A stretch of 9,372 bases of DNA, from UHGV virus genome UHGV-1330501. One strand, written 5' to 3'. The notes beneath the pieces are model-generated. The model was not told where the DNA came from. It ran no database searches and saw only the letters and a list, made by a program, of their open reading frames with translations. Origin of the DNA: a virus. Made by a program: the position numbers and the translations under genes. Below are positions 7,069 through 9,372 of this stretch, piece by piece; the stretch's first letter is position 1; every line of letters starts with the position of its first letter.

Positions 7069-7107
7069 AACGTGCAGTATTACCTACACTGCACGTTCTT
7101 TATTGTG
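7069..7107 (+). terminator. Hairpin (10-bp stem AACGTGCAGT / ACTGCACGTT, 9-nt loop) followed by CTTTATTGTG; candidate intrinsic terminator or attenuator between the regulator and the membrane-protein gene.
   Basis: Perfect inverted repeat plus T-rich tail read directly from the sequence. Confidence 0.45.
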
Positions 7108-7139
7108 CGGATTTTGAACAGCAACAAAGGATCAAAAGG

Positions 7140-7562
7140 ATGAGTAGAAATAACGAAACAAGCGGCGTTGAACTGGTTGTTGTAGGCGTATTTGCTTTCT
7201 GTCTGGCAGTTGTTGCCTGGCTAATGAAAACTTTCGATGTTGAATGGCAAACAGCACTGGAAACTGCGCCTGGCCTGATAGTCTGGCTGCTTGTTGTCGG
7301 TGCGGGGATCTTTTTCGGGATCAAAATGGAAACTGGCCTTATTCGCTGGGGTGCTCCACTGGCGATCGCCCTTCTGATTCCGGTATTCAAGCCAATTCTT
7401 AAGGAAGCTGCCGGAGTTCGTGAAACGGGTGGGCTGGTTTTCGATGATATGGTTTCGTGGTATGGAACTGGCTGGGGAATGTCTCTGATGTTCTTCGGGA
7501 TTCTTATTGTCGGATATGGCCTGCTTTATTGGTGGCACAGAAGAAATTCATATTACTGGTAA
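7140..7562 (+). CDS. Hypothetical integral membrane protein (140 aa, about four hydrophobic segments).
   Basis: Internal ATG at 7140 with AAGGA upstream; four hydrophobic stretches. The longer ORF from 6993 overlaps the regulator gene and the hairpin and is judged an artefact. Confidence 0.6.
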   Translation: MSRNNETSGVELVVVGVFAFCLAVVAWLMKTFDVEWQTALETAPGLIVWLLVVGAGIFFGIKMETGLIRWGAPLAIALLIPVFKPILKEAAGVRETGGLVFDDMVSWYGTGWGMSLMFFGILIVGYGLLYWWHRRNSYYW

Positions 7563-7590
7563 TCAATAAAACGTAGAAGAGAGGAAACAT

Positions 7591-7866
7591 ATGAAACTGA
7601 ATCCTGAGAAATACAATAGAAACATTACCCTGCTATGTCCTGTGTGCGGAAATACAGAGATGGAACACGAGGAAGAGTCTGAAGTCGTTAGATGTGTAGG
7701 CTGCGGGAAAGAATTTACTAATGATGAGTTAATCCAAGAAAACGGGGTGAGTATTGACGCTCATGTAGATGAAATAAAAGAAGAGTTAACAAAAGACATT
7801 CAAAAACAGTTTAACGACATGCTCAAAAAGGCATTTAAGGGAAGTAAGAATATAAGGATCAAATAA
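7591..7866 (+). CDS. Hypothetical zinc-ribbon protein (91 aa; CPVC-x14-CVGC followed by an acidic/basic helical tail).
   Basis: ATG at 7591 with GAGGAAA SD; two CxxC pairs; AT-rich composition distinct from the phage core; stop overlaps the next start (TAATG). Confidence 0.65.
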   Translation: MKLNPEKYNRNITLLCPVCGNTEMEHEEESEVVRCVGCGKEFTNDELIQENGVSIDAHVDEIKEELTKDIQKQFNDMLKKAFKGSKNIRIK

Positions 7867-8345
7867 TGACAACAAGTGATGCCATCGCTTTAGCTGCGCT
7901 TGTAGTATCGATTTACACTATCATATCGTCAGAAATGAAATCGAGAAAAAGCGATAGAGAACAAAAGGTTATAAAGGATGAGCAAGACAGGTTACGTAAG
8001 TTGCTTCTGGAAAAAGAAACAAAGTCAGCAATTAATGAGATGAAAGCTGAGCTTGGTGCTCGCCTCGTAAAAATAGCCAAAAACAACTATAGGCTCAAGA
8101 TATTTAATAGAGGGAGAGTTGAGGCTAAAAATATAGAGATTCATTTCCCTGATAACGATGGAAATGAATATCTTTCAATGCATGATGTAGAAGATAAATT
8201 TCCATATGAGGTATTACACCCGCAACATGGAATTGAAATTTTAGCGGGAATAAGCTTTGGAAGTAAAACTAAATACCGAATAAAACTCATATGGGATGAC
8301 AATTATAAAAGAAGAAATGAAGAGGAGTTTTTCATTTCTATATAA
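7866..8345 (+). CDS. Hypothetical membrane-anchored protein (159 aa): N-terminal hydrophobic helix, charged coiled-coil-like segment, C-terminal globular domain.
   Basis: ATG overlapping the upstream stop; N-terminal AIALAALVVSIYTIISS; AT-rich; followed by a strong terminator. Confidence 0.65.
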   Translation: MTTSDAIALAALVVSIYTIISSEMKSRKSDREQKVIKDEQDRLRKLLLEKETKSAINEMKAELGARLVKIAKNNYRLKIFNRGRVEAKNIEIHFPDNDGNEYLSMHDVEDKFPYEVLHPQHGIEILAGISFGSKTKYRIKLIWDDNYKRRNEEEFFISI

Positions 8346-8385
8346 ATTGGTTCGCACAATGACGTTATGCTAAAGAGGCCGCTGC

Positions 8386-8422
8386 GGGATTCGATTTTCG
8401 CAGCGGCCTTTTCAACATAACG
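8386..8422 (+). terminator. Intrinsic terminator: 11-bp GC-rich stem (AGGCCGCTGCG / CGCAGCGGCCT), 12-nt loop, then TTTT.
   Basis: Perfect inverted repeat 8386..8396 / 8409..8419 followed by a T-tract, 40 nt after the 159-aa gene stop. Confidence 0.75.
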
Positions 8423-8454
8423 AGTCGTACATTATGCGCACCAAAATTATAGAG
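8400..8454. repeat. Right copy of the 55-bp direct repeat, carrying the dif-like element (XerC arm TTATGCGCACC at 8442..8452); putative right attachment site of the prophage.
   Basis: Exact identity with 1..55; overlaps the loop and 3-prime half of the terminator. Confidence 0.85.
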
Positions 8455-8484
8455 GCTCAATGCTAATGTTCTATTTGTGGCTCA

Positions 8485-9372
8485 TTGGAGGCACTCAGTA
8501 TAATCCGGGAGCACTACCGTGATTTTGGCCCCACGCTGGCGCGGGAAAAGCTGGAGGAAGTTCACGGTCTGGTCCTTGGAAAGGAAACCATCCGACGTCT
8601 CATGATAAACGCGGGACTCTGGATCCCCCGCAGACAACGCGCACCGAAAATTCATCAGCCTCGTTACCGGCGTCCTTGTACTGGCGAGCTGATACAAATT
8701 GATGGCTGCGACCACCACTGAATACGGTAAACCGATGATCCTCTACAGCGATAAAGCCAGCGTATTCAGAGTCAATAATAAGCACGCCACCACCGGTCTC
8801 GGCGATACCCAGTTTGCCAGGGCCATGCGCTGCCTTAATATTACTCCTTTGTGTGCTGAAACCAGCCAGGCAAAAGGCCGCGTTGAACGTGCTCATTTGA
8901 CACTTCAGGACCGACTCGTTAAGGAGCTCAGGCTTAAGGGGATCTGTACAATAGAAGCGGCCAATGCATTTGCAGAAGAATACATGGCGGATTATAACCG
9001 GCGCTTTGCCAAAGAACCCTTGCATGATTTTAACGCGTACCGGCCGCTGGCATTAGACGATGACCTTGATGCAGAATTTACCTGGCGAGAGCCTCGCCGG
9101 GTATCAAAAAATCTGACTGTACAATACGATAAAATGCTCTATCTGATTGAGGACAACGAGTACAGTCGAAGAGCCATCGGCAAGTATATTGATGTCTGGC
9201 ATTATCCTGACGGACATAAGGAGCTGCGACTAAATGGCGTGCTGCTACCCTACTCCACCTATGACCGGCTTTCTGAGGTTGAGCCCGTCGCCATTGTAGA
9301 TAACAAGAGACTTGGCCATGTGTTGGATGTTGCCCGTCAGGTCCAGAGAAAACGGGACAATAATCGCTCACT
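8485..9372 (+). pseudogene. DDE-type transposase of an insertion sequence (retroviral-integrase-like catalytic core), interrupted by a frameshift near 8719 and running off the window end; family not determined.
   Basis: Frame 1 (TTG start 8485) ends ...IQIDGCDHH at TGA 8719..8721; frame 2 continues from 8720 with EYGKPMILYSDKASVF ... AKGRVERAHLTLQDRL (DDE-like D, D, E motifs), open to 9372. Confidence 0.7.

Larger units (their letters stand above)
56..8454 (-). mobile_element. Integrated filamentous phage (Inovirus, Ff-like) genome unit bounded by the direct repeats; boundaries inferred from repeat ends.
   Basis: Complete Ff-type gene order on the minus strand (II-X-V-VII-IX-VIII-III-VI-I-IV) with tight coupling, flanked by 55-bp direct repeats carrying a dif-like site. 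Confidence 0.75.

Noticed and set aside
6993-7139. N-terminal extension of the 189-aa plus-strand ORF
   Set aside because: It overlaps the 60-aa gene in another frame and spans the hairpin/T-tract; the internal ATG at 7140 with an SD, immediately before the first hydrophobic segment, is the more plausible start.
7100-7538. Minus-strand ORFs 7100..7390 and 7221..7538
   Set aside because: Antisense to the plus-strand membrane-protein gene; low-complexity translations.
8482-9371. Minus-strand ORFs 8482..8718, 8600..9025 and 9078..9371
   Set aside because: Antisense to the transposase reading frames, which carry clear DDE-type motifs on the plus strand.

Overview
The window is dominated by an integrated Ff-like (M13/f1-type) filamentous phage, about 8.4 kb, bounded by perfect 55-bp direct repeats at 1..55 and 8400..8454. 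On the minus strand it carries the full Ff gene order (II/X, V-position gene, VII, IX, VIII, III, VI, I/XI, IV) with short gaps or overlapping stop/start codons; assignments rest on my recollection of M13 protein sequences, not on a database search. Each repeat contains a dif-like XerC/XerD-type site, and the right copy overlaps an intrinsic terminator. Two regions have no Ff counterpart: two small minus-strand ORFs between gene IV and the left repeat, and a plus-strand block (6869..8345) read divergently from gene II. The strongest candidate for an undescribed system is the AT-rich, overlapping gene pair at 7591..8345 (zinc-ribbon protein plus membrane-anchored protein) inside that block. The right flank (8485 to window end) holds a frameshifted DDE transposase that runs off the window. 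No rRNA, tRNA or CRISPR array was seen.
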